Assembly: GCA_963665095.1 (NCBI GenBank)
Contig: OY762069.1
Coordinates: forward strand, 3,104,001-3,168,000
DNA length: 64,000 nucleotides
Direction of reading: 5' to 3'
DNA from: an uncultured Desulfobacter sp.
GTDB lineage: Bacteria > Desulfobacterota > Desulfobacteria > Desulfobacterales > Desulfobacteraceae
Made by a program: the position numbers and the translations under genes. Shown in pieces: positions 1 to 8,081 of this stretch. The notes beneath the pieces are model-generated. The model ran no database searches, had not been told where the DNA came from, and was given only the letters and a program-made list of their open reading frames with translations. Position 1 is the first letter of the stretch. Each line of letters starts with the position of its first letter.

Positions 1-1
1 A

Positions 2-445
2 AAGCTCAAAAACAAACATGGCCTTGGTCTGGTTATCATTGATTATCTTCAGCTGATGGCACCGTCTTCTCAAATAAAAAAAGCCAATCGCAGGGACCTT
101 GAAATTGCGGAAATATCCAGTGCATTAAAAGGCCTTGCAAAGGAGTTGAACATTCCTGTCATTGCATTGTCCCAGCTTAACCGGATGCTTGAGCAGCGTT
201 CGGATAAGCGCCCGATGCTTTCAGATCTTCGTGAATCCGGTTCCCTGGAACAGGACGCCGACATTGTGGCGTTTATTTATCGGGATGAGGTGTACAACAA
301 AGAGCCGGACAATCCTAAAAAGGGGACAGCGGAGATCATCATCGCCAAAAACAGAAATGGCGCTACAGGGACAGCCCATATGAGTTTTTTAGGGCAATAT
401 ACGCGATTTGAAGATCTGATTCAGCAGCCTGAAATATTTCAATAA
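2..445 (+). CDS. dnaB: Replicative DNA helicase DnaB, C-terminal part (runs off the window start)
   Basis: Frame is open from base 2: KLKNKHGLGLVIIDYLQLM (Walker B), then LSQLNR, RPMLSDLRESGSLEQDAD and IIIAKNRNG, all DnaB motifs. Confidence 0.95.
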   Translation, partial: KLKNKHGLGLVIIDYLQLMAPSSQIKKANRRDLEIAEISSALKGLAKELNIPVIALSQLNRMLEQRSDKRPMLSDLRESGSLEQDADIVAFIYRDEVYNKEPDNPKKGTAEIIIAKNRNGATGTAHMSFLGQYTRFEDLIQQPEIFQ

Positions 446-458
446 AAAGGAGGATCAA

Positions 459-1955
459 TTGGAACAAGCCCCACAGAATTTCTTCCATCTTCATGTTCAT
501 ACTGAATACTCGTTGCTGCAAAGCACCATTCGGTTAGATCTGCTTTTTGAAAAATGCAGGGACCATAAAATGCAGGCTGTGGCCATCACAGATCTTGGAA
601 ACATGTTTGGAGCTGCAAAGTTTTATGAAAAAGCAAGAGAGGCATCCATAAAGCCCTTGATCGGCTGTGAGGTCTTTTTAGCCCCCGGCAGCATGAATGA
701 CCGGGGACATATGAATGTCAAAGGGATAACTCATCTAGTGCTTTTGGCAAAAGATATGGATGGATATAAAAACCTTTGTAAGCTTGTTTCTTTTGCCCAT
801 TTAAAAGGCTTCTATTATGAACCTATGATTGACAAATCGCTTCTGGCAAGCTGTTCAATGGGCCTGATCGGGCTTTCGGGCTGCCTGAAAGGGGAAATCC
901 CCCAACACATTCTCAACAATGATATCAACGCGGCACAGGATTCAGCCATTTTTTTTCAAACTATTTTTGGAGAGAATAATTTTTTTCTGGAGATTCAGGA
1001 AACCGGATCAGGACACCGGCATGAGGTCAATGAAAAAATTATAGATATCGGCAACAGACTCTCAATACCCGTAGTGGCAACAAATAATTGTCGTTATCTG
1101 TCTAAAGACGATTACAGGACCTATGAGATTTTGCGCTGCATACAGACAGGGGATACCTGTAACAACCCGGGCAGAACAAAAATTGATTCAGGGCAATTCT
1201 ACTTTAAATCCACTCAGGAGATGGTACAGGCCTTTCGTTATTGTTCCCAGGCAATAAAAAACACAGAGGAGATCGCCAAAAGATGTAATCTGGAATTTGA
1301 TACCAGATACCGTTGTGCTTCAAATTTCATCCGGCCACAGCAAAAAGCCCGGGATGAATGCCTGCGCGCGGTTGACATCGGGCGCAGGAACCAGATGTAT
1401 AAAAATATGATGCGGCACTTGGGCCCGGAATATGTCAGCCAGGTTATTGCTTTTGATCAATTGGATGCAAAGGCTGTGATAAGAAAGATTGCCAAGGTAC
1501 TCGAGGTGCCGGAATCTGAACTGGATGAAACAATGACCATGCTTCCTGACGCTATGCTGCTATCAAGGATAGTCCATACCATACCCGAAATCCGGGAAAA
1601 AATTTCAAATCGAAATCCAACCTTGCTCGACATGGCATTGTCATTGGAAGGACTGCTCAAAAAAATTGCCACCCATCCCACTGTTGTCGCAATGGCTGAT
1701 AAACCGCTATATCATTATTTGCCCTTATGCCGGGGGAGTGATGGAGAAACAATCACCCAGTTTGATATAAACGATCTTGAAGAATCAGACGTGCACTTAC
1801 TTAATCTTCTCTGCGTAAATTTAGATGATCAATCCGTTAAAACACTTAATGAACTCTTTGCTGAAGATTTCCAAAAGACGGATCAGTGGGCCGCTGAAGA
1901 AAACAAGGATGCGAAGCGTGATTCAACAAACAAAAATATGGGAAACAATCAATGA
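459..1955 (+). CDS. DnaE (Pol III alpha)-derived protein: PHP domain plus partial palm/thumb, internally deleted, truncated, probably catalytically inactive
   Basis: HLHVHTEYSLL, AITDxGN, IGCE, HLVLLA and SGCLKGE PHP motifs; SQVIAF..AKAVIR, LEGL and TQFD palm/thumb motifs; only 498 aa; AGGAGG RBS before a TTG start. Confidence 0.85.
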   Translation: MEQAPQNFFHLHVHTEYSLLQSTIRLDLLFEKCRDHKMQAVAITDLGNMFGAAKFYEKAREASIKPLIGCEVFLAPGSMNDRGHMNVKGITHLVLLAKDMDGYKNLCKLVSFAHLKGFYYEPMIDKSLLASCSMGLIGLSGCLKGEIPQHILNNDINAAQDSAIFFQTIFGENNFFLEIQETGSGHRHEVNEKIIDIGNRLSIPVVATNNCRYLSKDDYRTYEILRCIQTGDTCNNPGRTKIDSGQFYFKSTQEMVQAFRYCSQAIKNTEEIAKRCNLEFDTRYRCASNFIRPQQKARDECLRAVDIGRRNQMYKNMMRHLGPEYVSQVIAFDQLDAKAVIRKIAKVLEVPESELDETMTMLPDAMLLSRIVHTIPEIREKISNRNPTLLDMALSLEGLLKKIATHPTVVAMADKPLYHYLPLCRGSDGETITQFDINDLEESDVHLLNLLCVNLDDQSVKTLNELFAEDFQKTDQWAAEENKDAKRDSTNKNMGNNQ

Positions 1956-2557
1956 AAATATTAGTTACAGGTGACCTTCATTTTAAAAAGCAGCAGTTCC
2001 AGTGGATTGAAGCGCATCAAAACGACTATGACTGCCTGTGCCTGACCGGCGATTTTTTAGATAGTGCCCGGGATGACTTCTACGAGCAGGTAAAATGGGT
2101 TGCGTCATGGTTAAAAAATCTGAACCGGCAGATTTTTATATGTAGCGGCAATCATGACCTGGATGATTATGGCGAATGTGAATGGCTGGAAGCGCTTAAT
2201 GGCGGACATATTTGCACTGACGGTCATATCAAGGTCTTTAACGGTCTGAAGTTTGGCTGTATTCCTTATCTTGGCGCTGATTTACTGATGTTTTCCGACT
2301 GTGATATTCTACTGTCCCATGTCCCGCCATCAAATACGACAACATCCCGTGACTTAAAATCCGGCAGAGATTTTGGAGATGAACAGTTGAATCAAGCATT
2401 GAAAAGTGGATTAATTCAGCCTGGACACCTATTCAGCGGGCATGTCGAAAACCCTTTGAAAAAGCGAGATATGGTGTTAGGGTGTGTCATTATCAATCCA
2501 GGGTCAAAATGCGATAAAATAGCCCCTTTTCATGCAATTATCAGCGTTCCCGATTAA
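1952..2557 (+). CDS. Calcineurin-like metallophosphoesterase
   Basis: GDLH, GD, GNHD, SH, GHVE and NPGS motifs; ATGA overlap with the upstream stop. Confidence 0.85.
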   Translation: MKILVTGDLHFKKQQFQWIEAHQNDYDCLCLTGDFLDSARDDFYEQVKWVASWLKNLNRQIFICSGNHDLDDYGECEWLEALNGGHICTDGHIKVFNGLKFGCIPYLGADLLMFSDCDILLSHVPPSNTTTSRDLKSGRDFGDEQLNQALKSGLIQPGHLFSGHVENPLKKRDMVLGCVIINPGSKCDKIAPFHAIISVPD

Positions 2558-2629
2558 GTCTGATTCTAACGTTGATATAAACGAAGTTTAGAACAACCCG
2601 CAAGAAGACAACAAAAAGGAGCGGCAAAT

Positions 2630-3610
2630 ATGCCAAACAAGAAAATAACACGTGGAATTTCCAAAGATTTCGCAGACGCATTTAAAGCATCTGAGCTTTA
2701 TACCCTTTATGAAGAACATAAAAATGAATTGCTTATCGGCATACGCAATAATTATTTAAATTTATATTATAACTGTGACAGTATTGCAAAAATTACATAC
2801 CCAAGGGGCACTATTCGTTGTGAAATAGACAAATACTATTTAACTGGCAAGTCCTATAAGAGTGGTGACAAAGAGAAACGATTTAAAGTCGAGCCAAGTC
2901 AAATTTGTGGTGACTATGAGAAGAAAATAAAAATCAACAGTGATAAAAAAGGAAAAATGGAAAAACAAGCCCAATCAAAGTTAGTTCTTTCCAATAATGC
3001 CAATAACACGTCTAACTGGTTTTGTATTGATATTGAATATGTAAAAGCCTTCCATAATGAAGAAGAAAAAAAAGAGGCCGGTTTCCAAGCTCGATTTGAT
3101 ATTATTGCAGTTTCAAAAAAAGCGCCGCATAGAATCGCCTTGATCGAACTTAAATATGGCCGGAACGCAATCGGTGGTAAAAGCGGAATTTACAAGCACG
3201 TTGAAGATTTTGTTAAATTTCGCGACAAAGATTTTTTTGAAGAGCATTTAAAAAGTGAAATTATCAAAATTATTCACAGCCAGAAAAATCTCAATATCCC
3301 CATCCCATTTGAGTTGCCCAAAGAAGAAAACTTCTTTCAACCCGAATTTTATTTTATAACTTTAAACAACAATGCAGAAGGAAGGACCTGCACACCAAAG
3401 CAGACAATGGCGGGCTACCTTTTCGAAAATAAACGCTGGGACTGCAAAAGATTATCAGGGGCATACTGCGTTGAAAAAGACTTTGGAGATATCACAAAAA
3501 AAGATAATAAATTTAATGCTACATTTTTATTTTCAAAGGCAACAATAAAAAATATGACAATAGACGATATCATTGATGGTGACTATGACGAAAGAATTGT
3601 TCCTGAATGA
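2630..3610 (+). CDS. Hypothetical protein, PD-(D/E)XK-like nuclease fold
   Basis: DIEY...RFDIIAV...IALIELKYG pattern; AAGGAG RBS. Confidence 0.6.
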   Translation: MPNKKITRGISKDFADAFKASELYTLYEEHKNELLIGIRNNYLNLYYNCDSIAKITYPRGTIRCEIDKYYLTGKSYKSGDKEKRFKVEPSQICGDYEKKIKINSDKKGKMEKQAQSKLVLSNNANNTSNWFCIDIEYVKAFHNEEEKKEAGFQARFDIIAVSKKAPHRIALIELKYGRNAIGGKSGIYKHVEDFVKFRDKDFFEEHLKSEIIKIIHSQKNLNIPIPFELPKEENFFQPEFYFITLNNNAEGRTCTPKQTMAGYLFENKRWDCKRLSGAYCVEKDFGDITKKDNKFNATFLFSKATIKNMTIDDIIDGDYDERIVPE

Positions 3611-4908
3611 TAATTACAATCCATAGAGGTGCCCAAACCATTGGCGGCAGTTGTGTGGAAATCCAGTCAAAAGGCAGCAGGATTTTATTAGATGTTGGCA
3701 CCCCTTTAATGCAGCCTGGCGGAGGCGAACTCAACCCCACAGATCTGGAAAACCCCTCAATTGAAAATGGTATTTTACCCGACATAAAGGGGATATATAA
3801 AGACGCCTCCCCTGATGTTGAAGCCATATTAATATCCCATTCACATATGGATCATTGCGGCTTGCTGGACCACCTGCATCCTGACATCCCGGTGTATTTA
3901 AGTCAGGGTTCCCATGCAATGATCCAGATCGGCAACGTATTTTATCCCCCAAAAAACAGAATTCACTTTGATAATTTCAAAATAGTTGAACACTGGAAAC
4001 CCTTCCAGGTTGGCCCGTTTAAAATCACATCATACCTGATGGACCACTCGGGATTTGATGCCTGCGCATTTTTAATTGAAGCGGAAGGTAAGAAAATTTT
4101 TTATTCAGGTGATTTCAGGGGACATGGCCGTAAGTCAATCCTTCTGGATAAAATTGTTGCCAACCCCATAACGGATATTGACTGCCTTTTAATGGAAGGC
4201 ACAACCCTTGGCGGCAACCACCAGGTTGGATTTAACACGGAGGATGAGGTTGAACAGGCATTCAGTGACGCTTTCTGCGAACAAAAAGATGTCTGTTTTG
4301 TAGCTGCATCCGGCAGTAATATTGACAGACTCGTATCTTTATATAACGCGGCACGTAAAAATAAAAAAATTCTGGTACTGGACCTTTATGCCTTTTATGT
4401 ACTTTATCGTTTAAAGGAATTAGGGGCTAAATTGCCCCCGTTTGACGGGGATAATATCAGAATTTTCTATATTAGAGGCCATGCCCAAAGTATCGCTGAA
4501 CGACTTGATAAAACGCTTCTATACAAATTTAAACACAGAAAAATAGAGATCGATGAGATTTTGAAGCATCGTATTCAGATGGTTTTGAAGCTGCCCATAG
4601 GTGCCATGACAAAGATTTCCAATGCGCTTGTTAAAGACAAGTCCTTTCAGGATGTAAAACTGATATACTCAATGTGGCAGGGATATCTGGAAAAGGATGG
4701 CCGCTATGAAAATTTCTGTGCCCAATACAATGCCGAACTGACCCATATCCATGTAAGCGGACACGCATATCTGGATGATCTGAAGAGACTGGCACAGGCA
4801 TTGAATCCCACGCAATTGGTCCCCGTTCATACAATTTCAAAGGACATCTTTTCTTCCTGTTTTAACAATACCAGACTCTATGATGATTCCCAGCCTTTCG
4901 AAATATGA
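3607..4908 (+). CDS. Short RNase J-like MBL-fold/beta-CASP nuclease
   Basis: IGGSC, LLDVG, HSHMDH, DHS, YSGD, MEGT, SGHA and PVH motifs; ATGA overlap with the upstream gene. Confidence 0.85.
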   Translation: MIITIHRGAQTIGGSCVEIQSKGSRILLDVGTPLMQPGGGELNPTDLENPSIENGILPDIKGIYKDASPDVEAILISHSHMDHCGLLDHLHPDIPVYLSQGSHAMIQIGNVFYPPKNRIHFDNFKIVEHWKPFQVGPFKITSYLMDHSGFDACAFLIEAEGKKIFYSGDFRGHGRKSILLDKIVANPITDIDCLLMEGTTLGGNHQVGFNTEDEVEQAFSDAFCEQKDVCFVAASGSNIDRLVSLYNAARKNKKILVLDLYAFYVLYRLKELGAKLPPFDGDNIRIFYIRGHAQSIAERLDKTLLYKFKHRKIEIDEILKHRIQMVLKLPIGAMTKISNALVKDKSFQDVKLIYSMWQGYLEKDGRYENFCAQYNAELTHIHVSGHAYLDDLKRLAQALNPTQLVPVHTISKDIFSSCFNNTRLYDDSQPFEI

Positions 4909-5178
4909 TTAGGTTCTACTGTGGGCTATATTTATTTAACAGGACCGACAAGATTTTGAATCAATCGATAAATTCCCCGAAAAAAAGAATTAGGTGATTG
5001 AACCCGATGTCAGCAAACACTATCACCCGTAACAATCTTTTTTTCACAATAATTTTTTCAGCTAAAAATATTTCCAAAAAACCAGACTACTCCACGACAA
5101 GGACCATTTCTCAACTGAAAACCGCCCCAGACTTTCCCTGTTATTCTATGCAGTTACAAAGTAAATATAATCTCATTC

Positions 5179-5220
5179 AGCCAATACAAGGATTGACAAT
5201 GATTGTATTTTGGCTATTAT
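5179..5220 (+). promoter_or_regulatory. sigma70-type promoter with overlapping imperfect palindrome (putative ParD operator)
   Basis: TTGACA (5193-5198), 16 nt, TATTAT (5215-5220); imperfect inverted repeat AGCCAATACAA...TTGTATTTTGGCT spans it. Confidence 0.55.
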
Positions 5221-5252
5221 GATATGTAGTTTTTTTAATAAGGAGGGCAGAT

Positions 5253-5501
5253 ATGCATATTTCATTGACACCTGAGCTTGAAAGCAAAGTTAAGCAAAAA
5301 GTAGCATCAGGTTTTTACAACAATGCCAGTGAAGTTATTCGGGACGCTTTGCGGTTCTGGGAAAAAAACGAAGAATTGGTTCAGCATATGAAACTTGAGT
5401 TGTTAAAAGAACGTTTGGCGATTGGTGCGGATCAAGCTAAGCAGGGGAAATTTGTGGCGCAATCCGTAAGCGAAATTATTGCTGAGGCCAGGAATGCCTG
5501 A
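5253..5501 (+). CDS. parD: ParD-family (RHH) antitoxin
   Basis: MHISLTPELE..V.SG.Y.NASEVIRDALR signature; AAGGAGG RBS. Confidence 0.9.
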   Translation: MHISLTPELESKVKQKVASGFYNNASEVIRDALRFWEKNEELVQHMKLELLKERLAIGADQAKQGKFVAQSVSEIIAEARNA

Positions 5502-5787
5502 ATACCGACTTACGCCTTCAGCAAAATCAGATTTAATTGAAATTTGGCATTATACTGTTGAGACATGGGGGGAGCAACAAGCTGAAAGATATCTTCAAGA
5601 CATTGAGGATACGCTTAATGAACTTGCTGCCAATCCGGGACTTGGAAGACGGCGACCGGAAATTTCCCCAGGTTATTATTCCTTTCCAGCACGGAAACAC
5701 ATCATCTTCTATATTAACTCAGATCGTCACATTGATATTATTGGCATTTTACATGGAAAAATGGATATCGATAAAAATCTAATGTAA
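5494..5787 (+). CDS. parE: ParE/RelE-family toxin
   Basis: YRLTPSAKSDLIEIWHYT..WG..QAERY, GR.RPEI, HIIFY and ILHGKMD; ATG at 5494 overlaps the parD end. Confidence 0.9.
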   Translation: MPEYRLTPSAKSDLIEIWHYTVETWGEQQAERYLQDIEDTLNELAANPGLGRRRPEISPGYYSFPARKHIIFYINSDRHIDIIGILHGKMDIDKNLM

Positions 5788-5897
5788 GGGGGAAGACTAC
5801 CTGCCGGCGAGGCACCATTTATCGGTGGAACAACACGCCGGACTATCCCTGTCATTGAACACTTCTTTGAAATGGACATGGGGCAACAAGGAATCGA

Positions 5898-6929
5898 TCA
5901 GATACGCTCGGAATCTTTATGGCATACGATTTTATATTTTTTTCTGAATTTTAACACATTGGGGTCAAAATTTATCATAATATCATTATATTGAGTATCC
6001 AAAAATATTTTCGCCTTTTGTCTTTCACCATCAATTCTTTTAATAAATCCGGAATGATTTTCTTGCTCAACATCCTGACAATCCCGCATAAAAGTTTTGA
6101 GATGGATCTTTTTCAAAACCTCTTTATCGGTGAACACAAAATGCAGGCAAGGGTCGTCAAACATAATAAATTGAGATTCGGAAGGTTTGCTCTCATCAAA
6201 AATCAAAACCTGTTGCAACGATTCTTTATCAAATTCTTTTTCCAGCCGTTCCCAGGCATTTTTAAGATAATCCCAGAAACGATATTCGAGTTCCTTAAGC
6301 TGGGGTTCAAACCCTCCGGCATCAGGTTTATAATCCCACAAAAAGCCTTCTTTGTCAGGGACTCCGTGGTTTTTCCCCTGAACATATTCATGGGGTATGA
6401 GTTCTTCAATATAGTCCTGGCCGTATTCATCAAGTCTGGAATAAATATATCCGGAGGCCATGGTCAAGGTCGCATAATAAAACTGCTTTTTGATCATCAA
6501 ACGAGCCCAGGTTAAATAAAGAGACCCTCTGTAAGATTTTTTTTGGTAATCTTTAAAATCCTTTTCTTTGGCTTCCTGCTGGAACTGATGATCCTGGAAA
6601 TCATAATCATAAAGCGTTTCAAAAGAAAGGAGGGTTTTGGATTCCGGAAAGAACTCATTCAGCCAGAAATAATTTTCACCTATACCCTGAAGGGGGAGTA
6701 GCGTGGCATTTAATTTTGTTGACTGGGCATTCGTCAGATCGTCTTTTGCCTCATCCATCTGGTCTTTATCGGTTACAATGATATCGAAAAGTGCCTTGAG
6801 CAGAAACTGTTCGACCTTTAAGTAGTCTTGTTCAGGCATATTAACCCGGTATTGTTCCTGGCGGTCCTGATTCCAGCTAAAATAATCGGGGAGATGTTTT
6901 ATGATGGCCTGCTTTAGTTCCGGGAGCAT
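5898..6929 (-). CDS. Hypothetical protein (343 aa, hydrophilic)
   Basis: Long ORF in AT-rich DNA with natural composition; no motif recognised. Confidence 0.7.
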   Translation of the reverse strand: MLPELKQAIIKHLPDYFSWNQDRQEQYRVNMPEQDYLKVEQFLLKALFDIIVTDKDQMDEAKDDLTNAQSTKLNATLLPLQGIGENYFWLNEFFPESKTLLSFETLYDYDFQDHQFQQEAKEKDFKDYQKKSYRGSLYLTWARLMIKKQFYYATLTMASGYIYSRLDEYGQDYIEELIPHEYVQGKNHGVPDKEGFLWDYKPDAGGFEPQLKELEYRFWDYLKNAWERLEKEFDKESLQQVLIFDESKPSESQFIMFDDPCLHFVFTDKEVLKKIHLKTFMRDCQDVEQENHSGFIKRIDGERQKAKIFLDTQYNDIMINFDPNVLKFRKKYKIVCHKDSERI

Positions 6930-6973
6930 GTGTTATATTCTTATTTTAATCTTTTGTTGAAAACCAGGAACGG

Positions 6974-7315
6974 TCATGCGGCTTCCAGCACAAAATTCAC
7001 ATGGATAGCGTCAAAAGGAAATTCTATTTGACCGCTTTGCGTTTTTATCAAAATCCCGGCTTTTAAAAGCGCATGGACGTCACCATGGACGGCTTTAACA
7101 TCCCGGCCCAATCGTCTGGCGACCTCACGGATAGACAAAGATCCGGCCCCGGTCATTTTCTGAATAAGTTCCCACCGCTTGCCGGAAATAATTTTAAAAA
7201 GCAGAGCAGGGGTCTCAAAACTGATAAAAGCGCCTTGAGCCTCGCCGTCAAAAGCTGCCAGAAACCGATTCTCAATCTCTTTTCGTGATGATATTCCCAA
7301 TGTTACGGTTTTCAT
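6974..7315 (-). CDS. Winged-HTH protein, putative antitoxin partner of the DUF6516 gene
   Basis: SIREVARRLGRDVKAVHGDVHAL HTH; start is 1 nt from the upstream stop. Confidence 0.8.
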   Translation of the reverse strand: MKTVTLGISSRKEIENRFLAAFDGEAQGAFISFETPALLFKIISGKRWELIQKMTGAGSLSIREVARRLGRDVKAVHGDVHALLKAGILIKTQSGQIEFPFDAIHVNFVLEAA

Positions 7316-7316
7316 T

Positions 7317-7598
7317 TTATCCTTTCCAATCGTCTACATCTTTCCAAAAATCCCGAATTAAAATTTTTGGAGATTTAAATTCATACGGCATTTCTTTATC
7401 GCCAATATGCTGCTGATCCCCTTTGCCTGCTTCATTGTCGTATCGATGAACACAGATGCTCTCTACTATGAACGCCAGGCGATATTTAAAACTATGTCTG
7501 CTCCCGGGCAGTGGTGTTGGCAGACGCCATACAATCAACTCCACAAAAGATGTTTCAGAGATTATATGACGGTCTTTTAATATCAATTCTGCCTTCAT
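7317..7598 (-). CDS. DUF6516 (TumE-like) putative toxin
   Basis: VWRLP.P.PGS.H.FKYRL and RYDNE.GKGD..H signature; likely start is MKAEL at 7598. Confidence 0.75.
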   Translation of the reverse strand: MKAELILKDRHIISETSFVELIVWRLPTPLPGSRHSFKYRLAFIVESICVHRYDNEAGKGDQQHIGDKEMPYEFKSPKILIRDFWKDVDDWKG

Positions 7599-7648
7599 GT
7601 TGGATATAATACCAACGCACACAGTGTGTTGTCAATAACACCAACACA
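7598..7648 (-). promoter_or_regulatory. Promoter with two GTTG-N10-CAAC operator palindromes; probably a leaderless transcript
   Basis: Minus strand TTGACA (7635-7630), 18 nt, TATTAT (7611-7606) preceded by TGG; ATG begins at 7598; palindromes at 7599-7616 and 7628-7645. Confidence 0.65.
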
Positions 7649-8081
7649 ATATAGCAAAATAATTATCCTTGGCTTTGAAAAATTAGTTTGTTTCTGGGCC
7701 TGGAATTTAAATATGACAGATCAAACAGGGAGCACCAGGCAAAAATCTCAACCAATTGTTTTTAAAGCTTAAAATTTTCTATAGTTTACAGAAACCGCTC
7801 TTAGCGGCTCCATTTTGGTGCCGAATTAGGCCTTTTAAGAAAACCCAAGAAACAGGCTGCAGACGAACCCCATATGTTAAATGCTATAGTGTTGACTATG
7901 TCTATTTATGTAGCGAGTTTTTTTGTTGCATGTTCTACCCCGCCCGATCCAGCCGGACCATGCGGGTAACAACAATGCCTCTCTAAAATTTAAAGCGTTG
8001 TGTGTTGCGCAATAAATCTGAATTGGGTATAGGGGTAAATATTCCATTTATTTTGAACCAATTAGATCAGGAGTCTTTTTA

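Noticed and set aside
2564..2594. TTCTAAC...TTAGAA hairpin resembling an integron attC site
   Set aside because: Too short, no proper GTTRRRY core, and not repeated between the other island genes
5810..5860. Short peptide GTIYRWNNTPDYP resembling a DUF6516-type RWDN.P motif
   Set aside because: Only about 13 codons of weak similarity with no start; could be chance
7756..7986. 76-aa ORF and small hairpins between the TA pair and the kinase
   Set aside because: No RBS, unnatural composition, and no recognisable IS end, att site or riboswitch
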